Source: Scyliorhinus canicula (lineage: Eukaryota). Taken from it: a stretch of DNA of 64,000 bases. The position numbers and the translations under genes were made by a program. The notes under the pieces are model-generated. The model ran no database searches. It had not been told where the DNA came from and saw only the letters and a list, made by a program, of their open reading frames with translations. The DNA lies in NCBI RefSeq assembly GCF_902713615.1, contig NC_052147.1:113859359-113923358 (forward strand), written 5' to 3'. Of this stretch, positions 12,780 to 25,059 are shown one piece after another; positions within the stretch are counted from its first letter, which is position 1; every line of letters starts with the position of its first letter.

Positions 12780-13431
12780 GGGCGAAATTCTCCGACCCCC
12801 AGCAGGGTCGGAGAATCGCCTGGGGGCGCCTAAAATCCCACCCCCACCGTGGCAGAGATTCTCCGCCACCCGGGAAGTGGCGGCGGCGGAATTTCACCAC
12901 TCCGATCGGCGAGGCCCCTGCGGTGATTCTCCGGAAGACCCGCCGCTGGGAGGCCTCTCCCGCCACCGATGTTTAAACCACCTCTGGAACGGCGGGCACA
13001 GCGGCGCAAGCAGGCCCCCGGGGTCCTGGGGGGACGGGGGGGGGGGGTGATCGAACCCTGGGGGGTGCCCCCACGGTGGCCTGGCCCGCGATCGGGGGCC
13101 CCCGCTCAGACTCCGGGCCAGTGCCCTGGCTACACTAGTTTCTTCCGCGTCCGGAAGAGAACCCAACATCGTGCATGCGCCGGCAGTGACGTCAGCGGCC
13201 AGCTACCGCTGACGTCACTGCCGGCGCATGCGCGGACCGGCGAAAGCCTTTCGGCCAGCCCCGCTGCTGGGGACGCCGGTTTTCTGCACCGGTCTTCTGG
13301 TGGCAACCGCTCCGGCGCGGGGCTGGCCCCCAAAGGTGGGCCACCTTTGGGGAGGCGCGACCCCTGAGTGGTTGGCACCACTCCCCTACTCTGGGACCCT
13401 CCGTCATGCCGGGTAGGGGAGAATGCCGCCC
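12780..13431. mobile_element. Harbinger-type MITE
   Basis: TIRs GGGCGAAATTCTCC / GGAGAATGCCGCCC; 3-bp TSD CAG (12777-12779, 13432-13434); left end similar to the right end of the Harbinger at 15482-22728. Confidence 0.88.
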
Positions 13432-14096
13432 CAGGTCTGTAAGTTTAATATCCAAGGGTAATCAATATGTTGGAAGGATAGATAGAAACGTAAAGGAGGT
13501 GGTGTTACTTTGTTACTAAAGCATTATTGAGAAATGATTTTGGCGTAGAATCAGTTTCGCTATAATTAAGAAATCGCAAGGGAAAGAAGTTCCTGGTGGA
13601 TCCCCAAACAGTAGTTCTGCAGTGGGAGTATAAACCAGGAAATACTGAGGGCTGGTAAGAAAGGTAAGGCAAGAGTTATGGGAGATTTTAATATGCATTT
13701 CGACTGGATTAATCAAATTGGCAAGGGTAGCCACACAGGAGAGTTCATTGAATTCATTAGAGCAATATCTTATGGAACCAACCAGGGAAATTGGAGTCAC
13801 ACACTTGCGTTCTGGAGTTAAACATAAGGAATTACGTAGACATGAGGACAGATTTGGCCTGAGTGGACTGGGCAGGAAGATTGAAAGGTAGGATAGTTGA
13901 TGAGCAGTTGCAGATGTTTAAGGAGATATTCAATTCCTTCCAACTAAAATATATTCCGGAGAGGAGGAAATGGAATTACAACTGCACAAGGCGTTTGTGA
14001 AGCCCACACCTGGCGTTTGGTCCACTTATTTGAGGACGGATGGTAGTTGCATTAGAGGCATTCAGAGGAGGTTCACTAGATTGATTCCAAAGGTGA

Positions 14097-14747
14097 GGGT
14101 CTGGATTCTCCGTTTTTGGGATTATATCTCGATGCCGTCATGAAAACTGATTCTTTTACGCCAGGAAAACTGGCGTCAAAAGGCCACAGATCCCCCGTTT
14201 TGCTGGGGGCTAGCAGGCAGCTGTCATGGAGCTCGCAGCTTCAGCTGCCGATACGGCCCCCACGCACTTCCGTGTCAGAGGCCGCGCATGCGCACGGTGG
14301 CGGCCTCCAGCGGCTGCACCATGTTCCATGGCGGATTCAGATCACGGATTGGACCGCGGAAATAGTGCCCCCGATCAGCCGCTCGCCCGACCCGAGCCGC
14401 CCACACAAAAAAAACCCAGTCCCGAATGAGGCCTGCCCTGTCCTCCGATCGGCCCTCCCCTGACCTTGGCAGCCCCAGACTGAGTGCAGCTGCCATGCGG
14501 GTATTATGGATGGTGGGACCATGAGTGATTCACGCTGTCGGGAATTCGGCCGGTCGGGATCAAAGAATAGCGGGGTGGGCCTCAGGGAATTGCCTCAGGA
14601 GGTGGATAATCGGCATGGCGTACTCCCTGCTTTTTGGGGGGCGGAGAATCGCGGAACCGGTACCGGTCCCGATTTCGTGCGGAGAAACTGGATTCTCCGC
14701 CCCGTTCCCGAACGCGATTTCGCCGTCGGGATGCGGTGAATCCAGCC
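14097..14747. mobile_element. Harbinger-type MITE, second family
   Basis: TIRs GGGTCTGGATTCTCC / GGTGAATCCAGCC; 3-bp TSD TGA (14094-14096, 14748-14750); removal restores CR1 sequence. Confidence 0.85.
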
Positions 14748-15729
14748 TGAGGGGTGTGTCATATGAAGAGAAATTGAGCGGTTTAGGCCGCTATTTGCTC
14801 GAGTTTAGAGGAATGAGAAGTGATCTAACTGAGGTACATATGATGATAAAATGTATTTACAAAGTAGACATATAGCGGCTGCTTCCACTAGTGGAGCAAT
14901 CTAGAATGAGAGGTCATAGTTTTAGATTAAAGGGTAGTAGATTTAAAACTGAGATGAGGATCTTTGGAATTCACTACCCTACAGTGGATGCTGGCACATT
15001 GAGTCAATTTAAGGAGGAGATAGGCAGATTTTTAATTAGTAATGGGTTGAAGGGTTATGGAGAATGGGCAGGAGAGTGGAGTTGAGGCCGAGATGAGATC
15101 AGCCATGATCGTATTAAATGGCGGAGCAAGCTCGGGGGACTGAATTGCCTACTCCTCTTCGTTCTAATATTTCTAAACAGATCTTTCAGACTTTTCCTGT
15201 GCTGCTGTCTTAATTTTCTGATCACAGATTGAAGTCCTGCTGTGCAAATCGAGGCAGGAAAATAATGGGCACATTTCTCTAACCATCCAGGTCGAGTGTG
15301 CCTGCAGGGCGCCTGAGAGGTACGTCATTGCTCAAGTCTCCTTCCTAAATTTACACAGCGGTGTTTCAAAAGGTACAGGCAACACACCCTGAGTTCACTA
15401 AAAACTGGGACTGATGTGGAGCATTGTACTGATTGCACTTCTGTTAGCAATCAGAGGTTTGAATCAGGAAAACAGAATCAGGGGTGGGATTCTCCGTGAA
15501 TCGGCGCGATGGCCCGAACCCTGCGCCAAAAACGGCGCGAATCACTCCAGCGTCGGGCCGCCCGAAACATCACAAATTCTCCGGCTGGGAATAGGCAAGT
15601 AGCGGCGTGACACCACATGGCGTCACTGCACAAAATGCACCCCCCCATCCCCCCGGAGACCCGGCAAAATGGCCACCCGTCACGCAGCGCCAAGTGAGAC
15701 ACCCCACTGCTTGCCCCCCTTTCTCCCTT

Positions 15730-15845
15730 CCCCCATATTCCCCCCTTCCCTCATATTCCCCCCTTCCCTCATATTCCCCCCTTCCCTCATATTCCCCCCT
15801 TCCCTCATATTCCCTCCTCCCCTCATATTCCCCCTCCCCCATATC
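15730..15845. repeat. 18-bp tandem repeat (CATATTCCCCCCTTCCCT), about 6 copies
   Basis: Direct inspection. Confidence 0.9.
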
Positions 15846-16078
15846 CCCCATGGGGGGAGGGGAGGATATGGGGGAAGGGGTACAGACCCAGCCCATCAGG
15901 CATACGACGCCCCCAGGACGTTCCAGGGCGGCCACTGGCCAGGGACAACCCCGACGCACCAGGTGGACACTGCCCACATCTAGTGCAAGTGCGGCGACGC
16001 CGGTGGGCCACACCCAGCGACGAAAAGGGCAGCCACAGCAACAGGCCCCCGTTGCACCTGACCCAGGACACCAACACA

Positions 16079-16590
16079 CAGGACCCTGACGCACAGGACC
16101 CTGACGGACAGGGCACTGACACACAGGACCCTGACGCACAGGGCACTGACGCACAGGGCACTGACGCACAGGGCACTGACGCACAGGACCCTGACGCACA
16201 GGACCCTGACGCACAGGACCCTGACGCACAGGACCCTGACGGACAGGGCACTGACGCACAGGACCCTGACGCACAGGACCCTGACGCACAGGACCCTGAC
16301 GCACAGGGCACTGACGCACAGGACCCTGACGCACAGGGCACTGACGCACAGGACCCTGACGCACAGGACCCTGACGCACAGGGCACTGACGCACAGGGCA
16401 CTGACGCACAGGACCCTGACGCACAGGACCCTGACGCACAGGGCACTGACGCACAGGGCATTGACGCACAGGACCCTGACGCACAGGGCACTGACGCACA
16501 GGACCCTGACGCACAGGGCACTGACGCACAGGACCCTGACGCACAGGGCACTGACGCACAGGACCCTGACGCACAGGGCACTGACGCACA
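16079..16590. repeat. 15-bp two-variant minisatellite, 34 units
   Basis: CAGGACCCTGACGCA and CAGGGCACTGACGCA interspersed. Confidence 0.97.
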
Positions 16591-17425
16591 CGACATCCAC
16601 ACCAGGGGACGGATGGCAGGAATCACCACTCCAGGGGACCCCGGAATTTGGGCCGTGTGAGGAGCACGCCATTACGCCACTGCTATCTCCTACACCCTCC
16701 ACCATCACAGAGAAACTCGCCTTGGTTGGGCACTTTAGCTATGAGGCATCTGGTACACTCTCTGTTGCGCACAACACAGCCGTCCCTGTACAGCAGGTGG
16801 AGGCAGGAGCAGCCGAGGGGCTGGGCGTTCGGAGGGCAGCGCGGCGCAGGTAACAATCTGGCGCCCAGACGGGTTCCGGGTTCCTGGAGTTACCGCACCC
16901 ACCAATAGACCCGATGTAGTCACGGACTCGGGGGCGATCAAGGGGGGTGATGCCAGCTTGCGGCAGCTGCAGACGAAGGTGGAGGAATCCTCCCGCGTGC
17001 AGGAGCAGGTAGTGGTGCCGGTCATGTCTGCGGTGGACGCAATGGATGCGACGGTGTCAGACATGGGTCGCAGTATGCAAAGTGTGGGGCTTCCCATGCA
17101 GGCGCGTCCTCTCATAGGCGGCCATGAGCCAGAGCCAGCAGCAAATCGCACAGGCGCTCAACGGCGTGGCCCGGTCTCAGCAGTGTTGCTCGTTGTGTTC
17201 TCTCTTTAATTGGCTCTGTTTATGGCGGTTAATATGGTCGCCGTCCTTAATTCTAATTACGTTTGCTCAAGAGTCGCCAGGTATCTTTTGATACCGCCAC
17301 AAGGTTCAAAACCGAATACTGATCAAAGACTCTACACCAGTTAGTAAGTTCGAAATCAATCCTCATTTATTTACACACACAGTCAATTATACTCATGCAC
17401 AAAACTCTACCAACTAAACTATCAC

Positions 17426-20240
17426 CACCTCAGAGCCCCCAACGGGGAAGGCTGGGATGAACCGGTTTCTTGACGGACTGAACATACCAGTTGTGGGAGA
17501 GGGCAGAAAACGGGATTTGGAAGCACCACTAGCACTGGGAGAGATCATGGAGAGCATTAGCTCCATGCAGGCGGGGAAGGCGCCGGGACCGGACGGATTC
17601 CCGGCGGACTTCTACAAAAAATTTGCGGCAGCGCTGGCCCCGCACCTGCGGGAGATGTTCACAGAATCGCTAGCTAGGGGCACGTTGCCACCCACGTTAG
17701 CACAGGCCTCAATCTCGCTGATACCTAAGAAAGACAAAGACCCAACGGAATGTGGGTCATACAGACCCATATCTCTGCTGAATGCAGACGCCAAAATACT
17801 GGCCAAAATCCTAGCCAAAAGGCTAGAAGACTGTGTACCTGAGGTGGTCACAGAGGACCAGACGGGCTTTGTCAAAGGTAGACAGCTGACCGCGAACATC
17901 AGGCGCCTGCTGAACGTGATAATGACCCCCTCCGGGGAGAGAACACAAGAGGTGATCGTCTCCCTGGACGCGGAAAAGGCCTTCGACAGAGTCGAGTGGA
18001 AATACCTCATAGAGGTACTGGAGCGGTTCGGGCTTGGAACAGGGTTCACCGCTTGGGTAAAGCTCCTGTACAACGCTCCCATGGCGAGTGTACAGACCAA
18101 CAATACCAACTCCCAATACTTCCAGCTGCACAGGGGCACCAGACAAGGATGCCCACTGTCCCCGCTGCTGTTCGCACTAGCAATTGAACCGCTAGCAATC
18201 GCGCTCAGGGCAGCAAAAAATTGGAGGGGGATCCGAAGGGGAGGTAGAGAGCACAGAGTCTCACTCTATGCGGATGATCTGCTCCTCTATATCTCGGACC
18301 CACAAAGCAGCATGGACTTAATCATCGCGCTCCTGAAAGAGTTTGGAGCCTTCTCGGGCTACAAACTCAACATGAGCAAAAGTGAGATCTTCCCAGTACA
18401 CCCGCAAGGGGGGGGGGGGGGGGGGCAGCACTAAAGGGGCTGCCGTTCAAACAAGCCCGACATAAATTCCGCTACCTGGGGATCCAAATAGCCCATGACT
18501 GGAAAGGGATCCACAAATGGAACCTCACCAGCCTGACGGAGGAAGTTAAAAAGGACCTGCAAAGATGGAACACGCTCCCGCTCTCCCTCGCGGGGAGAGT
18601 TCAGACGATCAAAATGAACGTACTGCCCAGGTTCCTCTTCCTGTTTAGATCCATTCCGATCTACATCCCCAAGGCCTTTTTCAAAGCGCTGGACAAACTC
18701 ATCATGGCGTTTGTATGGGGGGGTAAAAATACTAGGATCCCAAAGAAGGTCTTACAAAAAACAAAAACCAGGGGAGGGTTAGCCCTCCCGAATCTACAAT
18801 TCTACCACTGGGCAGCAACAGCCGAGCGAGTAAGGGGATGGATCCAGGAGCCAGAAGCTGAGTGGGTGCGTGCGGAGGAGGCCTCCTGCATGGGAACCTC
18901 CCTTCGGGCCCTCGCCACGGCAGCACTCCCATCCCCACCCAAAAAACACTCCAGCAGCCCAGTGGTGACAGCCACCCTCCAATCCTGGAACCAACTGCGG
19001 CAGCAACTTGGCCTGACCAAAATGTCGAACAGGGCTCCCATCTGCAACAACCATAGGTTCAAACCAGCACTGACCGACGCCACCTTCAAAAGGTGGAGGC
19101 AGGACGGGGGGACACTGACAGTCAGGGACCTATACACGGACGACAGGATCGCAACACTGGACGAACTGACAGAGAAATTTCAGCTAGCTGGGGGGAACGA
19201 GCTACGGTACCTGCAGCTCAAAAACTTCCTACGAAAGGAGACAAGGACGTACCCACAACCGCCACGACAGACACTACTGGAAGACCTACTGGACGCAAGT
19301 ATCCTAGAGAAAGGGAACTGTAGTGACATGTATGACCGACTGGTAGATAGGGACGACACCGTACTGGACGCAACAAGGAGGAAATGGGAGGACGACCTGG
19401 GGATGGAGATCGGGTGGGGACTCTGGAGCGAAGCACTGCATAGGGTCAACTCCACCTCCACGTGCGCAAGGCTCAGCCTGACGCAACTAAAAGTGGTACA
19501 TAGAGCCCACTTAACAAGAACCCGTATGAGTAGGTTCTTCCCGGAGGTGGAAGACAGATGTGAACGGTGCCAAAGAGGCCCGGCCAACCACGCCCACATG
19601 TTCTGGTCTTGCCCCAGACTCGTGGAGTACTGGACAGCCTTCTTCGAGGTTATGTCCAAAGTGGTGGGAGTGAGGGTGGAGCCATGCCCGATAGTGGCGG
19701 TCTTCGGGGTTTCAGAACAGCCAGATCTATTCCTGGGGAGGAGGGCAGACGCCCTTGCCTTTGCCTCCCTGATCGCCCGCCGTAGAATCCTGTTTGGCTG
19801 GCGGTCAGCAGCACCGCCCAGAGCTGCGGACTGGCTGTCCGACCTCTCGGAATCTCTCCAAATGGAGAAAATCAAATTTGCCATCCGAGGGTCGGACGAC
19901 GGCTTCCACAGAACGTGGGAGCCATTCATGCAACTGTTCCGGGACCTATTTGTGGCCAATGTACAAGAGGAAGAATAGTCGGGGGAAGGTAGCGGGAGGG
20001 GGGGGGGCTACAGGTTCGTTACGGGGGTTCGATGGCTAGCTAAGGCCCAAAACCAAACTAAATAAACATGTTGAGGGGGGGGGGGGGGGGGGGGGCGCAG
20101 TTACTACTACGAAGATGCTTACCTGTAAATATGTATGTTAATTTTTGCGTGTTTGTTTTTTTTCTTTTTTCTTTCTCCTAACAATTTGTAATTTGTTCAA
20201 TATAAAATATGAAAACTGAATAAAAACATTTATAAAAAAA
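17426..20240 (+). mobile_element. Young 5'-truncated L1
   Basis: 14-bp TSD AACTAAACTATCAC (17412-17425, 20241-20254); AATAAA and poly(A) tail. Confidence 0.95.
17457..19978 (+). CDS. L1 ORF2 RT and C-terminal domain (partial), single frameshift in a G18 run
   Basis: KAPGPDGF, YRPISLLN, LDAEKAFDRVEW, GTRQGCPLSP, LYADD, RYLG, CERC..HMFWSC; no stops other than the shift at 18408-18425. Confidence 0.93.
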
Positions 20241-21164
20241 AACTAAACTATCACTACTACTAAAGCCTATACTTAGCTTCGGGCGCCCACTCAGTCAGAG
20301 GAACAATGGCCGTTGTCCGGTTCTGAGGCTGCTGGGGTCGAGCTGGTACGGAATAGTAGACAAGAGCGTCTGTCTCGTAGCGTGTATTGACTTTGGATTT
20401 ACTTTTTCTGGTGCAGCTGCTAGCCAGGTCTCTCCTCGCTGAGAGCCAAGGCCAAGAGAGCGATTCTCGGGGGATTCTTCTTATACCCAAAGGGGCTTCG
20501 CGCGCTTTTGGGTGGGCCTTGAACTTGGTTCCAATTAATTGGACAGTATCTTGATCATCGGTATCGATTTCCTCCAATAAAGGGGTGGGTGCCCCGATTG
20601 CTGGGCGGATCCTAGGTGGCCGTTGGCCTGCTTTGTTCTAGCCTCCTCTGGCGCCGAGGTGTCTGCTTTAGTATCATTTACTTAAATGTTACTCTTTTGT
20701 CCCCGGAGATGGCTCATTAATATGGTAATGGCTTTGCAGTATCGGTCTTGTCTGGGAGCTATAGCTCCAATCAACAGACAAACCTTGCACCTGCTTGCTT
20801 TCTCAGTATTGTCCATTTTCCCTGCATTTTTGCAAAGTGTCCATTTTGTAATCGGGACATGGCCATCCCAGATGGCGACAGCAGGCAATGGCCCAGTCTC
20901 TGCAGGCCATTTCCCAGGTGCTGGCTGGCGTCGCCCAGACACAGACAGGGATGGCCAACTCCCTGAGTTCCATGGCTGCAAATTCGCAGACACTTGTTGA
21001 TGCCAGGGCGGGCCTCCAGGACTGGCAGTGCCAGGTGTCGGGGGGCATCGGGTGCTCTGTCCGTTCGCATCCCCGACCCATGTAGAGACCCGGGGGCCGT
21101 CGGGCACCCCGAGGGAGGAGGAGGTGCTGGGGCCCGTTCCGGGCACCCCTGCGACAACTCGGAC

Positions 21165-22440
21165 CGTCTGTCCTGATCATTGCCCCAATCCTCCTCATCT
21201 GGGGAGGTCTGTGCCTCGTCTTGCTGTTCCTCCCCTTCCCCCTCCTCTGCCTGCAGCACATCGCCCCTCTAATGGGCTGTCTTGTGCAGGACGCAGCAGA
21301 CCACAACGATGCGCCGACCCTATCTGATGGGTACTGGAGGGGCCCTTCAGAGCGGTCCAGGCACCTGAAGAGCATCTGCAGCAGCCCAAAGCATCTCTTT
21401 ATCACACCCCTGGTCACTGCATGGGCATTGTTGTAGCGGTTCTCCACGTCAGTCTGTGGCCTCCGTATAGGTATCAGCAGCCACGACCGCAACGGGTAAC
21501 CCATGTCGCTCAGCAACTAGCCCCAGCCCCTCAGCCGGGTGGGGGGTGGGTGGCTGGGCGGGAGGGGTGGGGGTGGGGGGGGGCGGGGTGGGGGGGCGTC
21601 CCTTGAAAATGGTGGGGATAAAAGATTGCGCCAACACGAATGAGTCATGTACACTGCCCGGGTACTGGGCGCAGACGTGTAGGATCCTCATGCAATGGTC
21701 ATAGACGCCCTGCACATTCATGGAATAGGTCCCCTTCCTATTTGTGAACACGGCCCTGTTATCCGCAGGTGGCCGCACAGCGACGTGCATCCCATCGATC
21801 GCCCCCTGGACCATGGGCATCCTGGCCACGGCAGCGAAGCCCGCTGCTCGGGCATCCTGGCTGGCCCAGTCCACGGGGAACTGGATGTAGCGGTCCGCAA
21901 TGGCATACAGGGCGTCCGTCACTGCACAGATGCACCGGTGCACCAACGCCTGCGAGATGCCGGACAGGTCCCTACTTGCGCCTGGAATGACTCTGTGGCA
22001 TGAACGTTCAGGGTCACCGTAACCTTGATGGCCACGGGGAGAGGGTGTCTTCCCCCCCCCCCCCCCCCCCCCCCATTGCCATGTGGTGCCAGGTGTGCCC
22101 AAGGTGGCAGATATCGGTGACGGTTTCCCGGCTCATTCGGAGTCCCCTCCTGCATGCCCGGTCCGTGAGGTCCTGGTACGACGAGTGGGGCCCGTACACA
22201 CGGGGCCTCATTAGGCGTCGGCGCAGCACCACCACCACCTCCTCCTCCGCCTTCTCATCCTGTCGTGCGGGCGGCCCTCCAGCCTGGGTGGCTGCCACCT
22301 GCCTCCCTACGGCACGCTCCTCTGTGGCAGCCTCCGCCGCCTCCCTGGCACGCTCCTGCTCCAGCTCCCCTCGGCAACATGTAGAAGTGTACCTCCCGCC
22401 ACGGCGACCCGCATGGTCGCAACTGTTGCCAGCTGGCACA
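21165..22440 (-). pseudogene. Harbinger (HARBI1-like) DDE transposase, frameshifted
   Basis: GAIDGMHV, FTNRKGTYSMNVQ, YPGSVHDS, LSDMGYP, YNNAHAVTRGVIKRCFGLL motifs in ORFs 21449-22102 and 20803-21516. Confidence 0.93.
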
Positions 22441-22894
22441 TGGCCAGGCAGACACCCCTCTTCCCCTCCCCGGCACGCAGCGTGACCAAACCCCCCCCTC
22501 TCCTCCCGGCACGCACCCTCTCCATCACTCACCCTTCCCGGCACTCCCCTCTCCTCCCCGGCATGCACCCTCTCCATCATGTACCCTCCCCAACCCCCCC
22601 TCCCTCCCCTGATTCACGTCGACGGGATTTTTGGGGGCCCGAAGAATATCACGGGGCGGCCGGGCGGGATTTGGGTCACCCCCTGGCGATTCTCCGACCC
22701 ACCGGGGCGGGGTTAGAGAATCCCGCCCGAGATCTGCTGTATCCCTCAATTATTTGTGTAATGATGGTATTCAAAGGACTCGCACTGTAATTCCTGGTCA
22801 TGGTCATATGACCTAGTAAACCTGCTTACAAATCATGAACCTTCCCTGCGACAGTAAAAATTAAGCTTCCAAGCTTGTTGTTCGTCACTTGTCA

Positions 22895-23258
22895 GCACTG
22901 TTGCCTCACAGCACCAGGACCCGGGTCCATTCCGACTTTGGCTGACCGTCTGTGTCGAGTTTGCACATTCTCCCGTGGCTTAAGTGGGTCAGTGCAGACT
23001 AGATGGGCTGAATGGCCTCCTGCACTGTATGTTCTATGTCTGCGTGGGTTTCCTCTGGGTGCTCCGGTTTCGTCCCACAGTCCAAAGATGTGCAGGTTAG
23101 ATGGATTGGCCATGATAAAATTGTGCCTCAGTGTCCAAAAGATTAGGTAGGATTACAGGGATAGGGTAGGGGAGTGGGCCTAGGTAGGGTACTCTTTCGG
23201 AGGGCCAGTGCAGACTCGACGTCCGAATGGCCTCCTGCTGTGTCGGGATTCTATGATT
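22895..23258 (+). mobile_element. HE1-type V-SINE containing a short HE1 tail fragment (22977-23038)
   Basis: Tail sequence GGCTTAAGTGGGTC..TTCTATG sits inside the central domain of a second copy. Confidence 0.85.
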
Positions 23259-25059
23259 GTGGCTGACCAGTGGAATTTGCTGTTGAAAATAAAGAGTGGT
23301 CTTGCTTCTGAGCTGCATCAGTTTGGTGTTTAAGACTATTTTGTGCATCTAGAGAATTTGGAAAGACGTCTCTGAAGTACACTTCCGCAGTTGAAAGTTA
23401 GGAAACTGGTGTTTGCCGAACAGTTGCCACGCAAGGTACACCTCACTAAACCAAAGACAACTTTAGGATAATTTTGTTAGTTTATCATCGGCTGAATTTC
23501 TCCAAGTGTTGCCGGGGGAAATTATTTGCTTTTTGTACTTGGGGCATGTGGCCCTGGGATTTAAACTCCATTTGCAGTCAGCTTTTCCACCATAGCTTTC
23601 CACTTTTCAATAATTCACAGCTGTTTTTATTCTCGCAATTGAGAAGCAGGTGGGCAACTCAATTAGAGTAGAATGTATTTGTGTGATAGGTTTAAAACTG
23701 ATTAAACCAGCCCAAACAAGAAAGGTTTATTATGCTATCGGACACTTCATTCTGATATGAGCTGGAACTTTTGAGGAAAGCAAAGGTGATTTTTTATTCT
23801 ACCAGTGAATGACGGCACTGTTTCACTCAGACAGTGCGGCTTCTATAGGGGGAAGTGTTCTGATAAAGGATTGCATTGTAATTCTGAGTGCACCATGGGA
23901 CTGCTGCTGCCAAACTCCGGCTGTGCCACTGCTCCGAAAGCTCCAAATGTGAGGGGCAAAGTGGAGCGGCAGCTGACATCCCCAGGCTACGGCAGCAGCC
24001 AGTTTTTCAAACCAAGCTGTTGAGCTGCTCTGTTCTGGAATGTGATGTGCAGCTACGCCTTTGCTGATTAAGAGGTGAGTACAATTCATTGTAATGATAT
24101 TGAATTTGCTTTGCAGCTCTCGTTCTTGTGTATCACAACGTTTAGGCCCGAGGCCCACCCAGATGGATGGAACAATGCTTTCTTTCTCCATGTTTTTCTC
24201 TGCTTCAATTGTTCTTTTGAAGGTGGTAATGCATGCTGGGAATGGTTGAACGATCTTCATCAACTTATTTCCTGCCTCACCCATTTTAGTATATCTTTGG
24301 GCAGTTGTGAACGTTGAGCGCGTCGGAGCTGAGGCTGTGATGTACCATCAATTGCACGCGAGGCGAGTGATTTACCAAAGTCTGGCTTTAATTGACTAGA
24401 ACACAGCTCTGCGATCGTCTACAATGGAAAGGGACGATCGTCAGGCGTCTGACCATTTATACCTCGTTAATAGAGGCGTGGTTAACTCAGCCTCTCGGCC
24501 AATCGGTCGAGAGGCACATGACCGACCAGGGCCAATGGTAAGCCGACATTCTGGCCCAATGTCAGACAAGTATGCAGATCATATCACCACATTCACCCCT
24601 TGTGGAGAAGGAAGGCGGGGGGGGGGGTGTGTGAATGAGACCCAGGGTGGGGTGGGGGGGGGGGGGGGGAACTGGTGATATGAGTAGCTGTCGGGAGAAT
24701 AAATTTTCTCTCCTTACCCTTATCGAATTTGGGGGCTTCCCACTGGCCCAGACATAACGATATTTACAAAAAAAAGTCCATGGGTCTGTAGAACTCTAGA
24801 AGGATTCGATCAGTCTTTTGGTGGTCCTTGACGTCCTGGCAGAGCGCCGCAGTGGAGGAGTTGATGTCGGATCGGCCGATGGTCCTGCTGATGTCCTGGA
24901 GTCCGGGAGCGATGGACTTCGAGTAGTCTCCGTCACCTCTGCTGGCCGCGGAGACGCCATGGATGAGGGATGGGGAAGCTGAGTGGGATGCTGGGGTGAA
25001 AAAGGGGAGGGGGGGGTCTGTGGTGGGGGGGATGGGGCGCACGCCGGCGGGTGCCAGGT

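Larger units (their letters stand above)
12015..15170 (+). mobile_element. CR1/HER1-type LINE with large internal deletions, hosting one SINE and two MITEs
   Basis: Endonuclease start LYLNARSILNKINEL and AITET, NIQG..KDR..KGGGV, C-terminal YEEKL..LG..LEFR.MRSDL.EV, and tail GATCAGCCATGATCGTATTAAATGGCGGAGCAAGCTCG; RT region deleted near 13970. Confidence 0.85.
17184..20880 (-). mobile_element. Solo LTR (about 870 bp net) interrupted by L1
   Basis: TG...CA ends, 4-bp TSD GCAG (17180-17183, 20881-20884), AATAAA on minus strand. Confidence 0.85.
15669..21165 (+). pseudogene. Harbinger second ORF (Myb/SANT-partner type), split by insertions, Myb domain not visible
   Basis: MATRHAAP start, acidic repeat, then low-complexity/coiled-coil pieces RQLQTKVEESSRVQEQ and MAQSLQAISQVLAGVAQTQ that join across the 17184-20880 insertion. 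Identity inferred from Harbinger two-gene layout. Confidence 0.6.
15482..22728. mobile_element. Decayed two-gene PIF/Harbinger DNA transposon with nested solo LTR and L1
   Basis: TIRs GGGTGGGATTCTCC / AGAGAATCCCGCCC; TSD CAG / GAG; transposase on minus strand converging with a second ORF on plus. Confidence 0.9.

Noticed and set aside
15570-16708. Long repetitive ORFs on the minus strand (RQGPV, ASGSC, CVRVL repeats)
   Set aside because: Products of a stop-free 15-bp minisatellite.
21449-22102. Domesticated HARBI1 host gene
   Set aside because: Frameshifted and enclosed by TIRs and a TSD, so a transposon copy.
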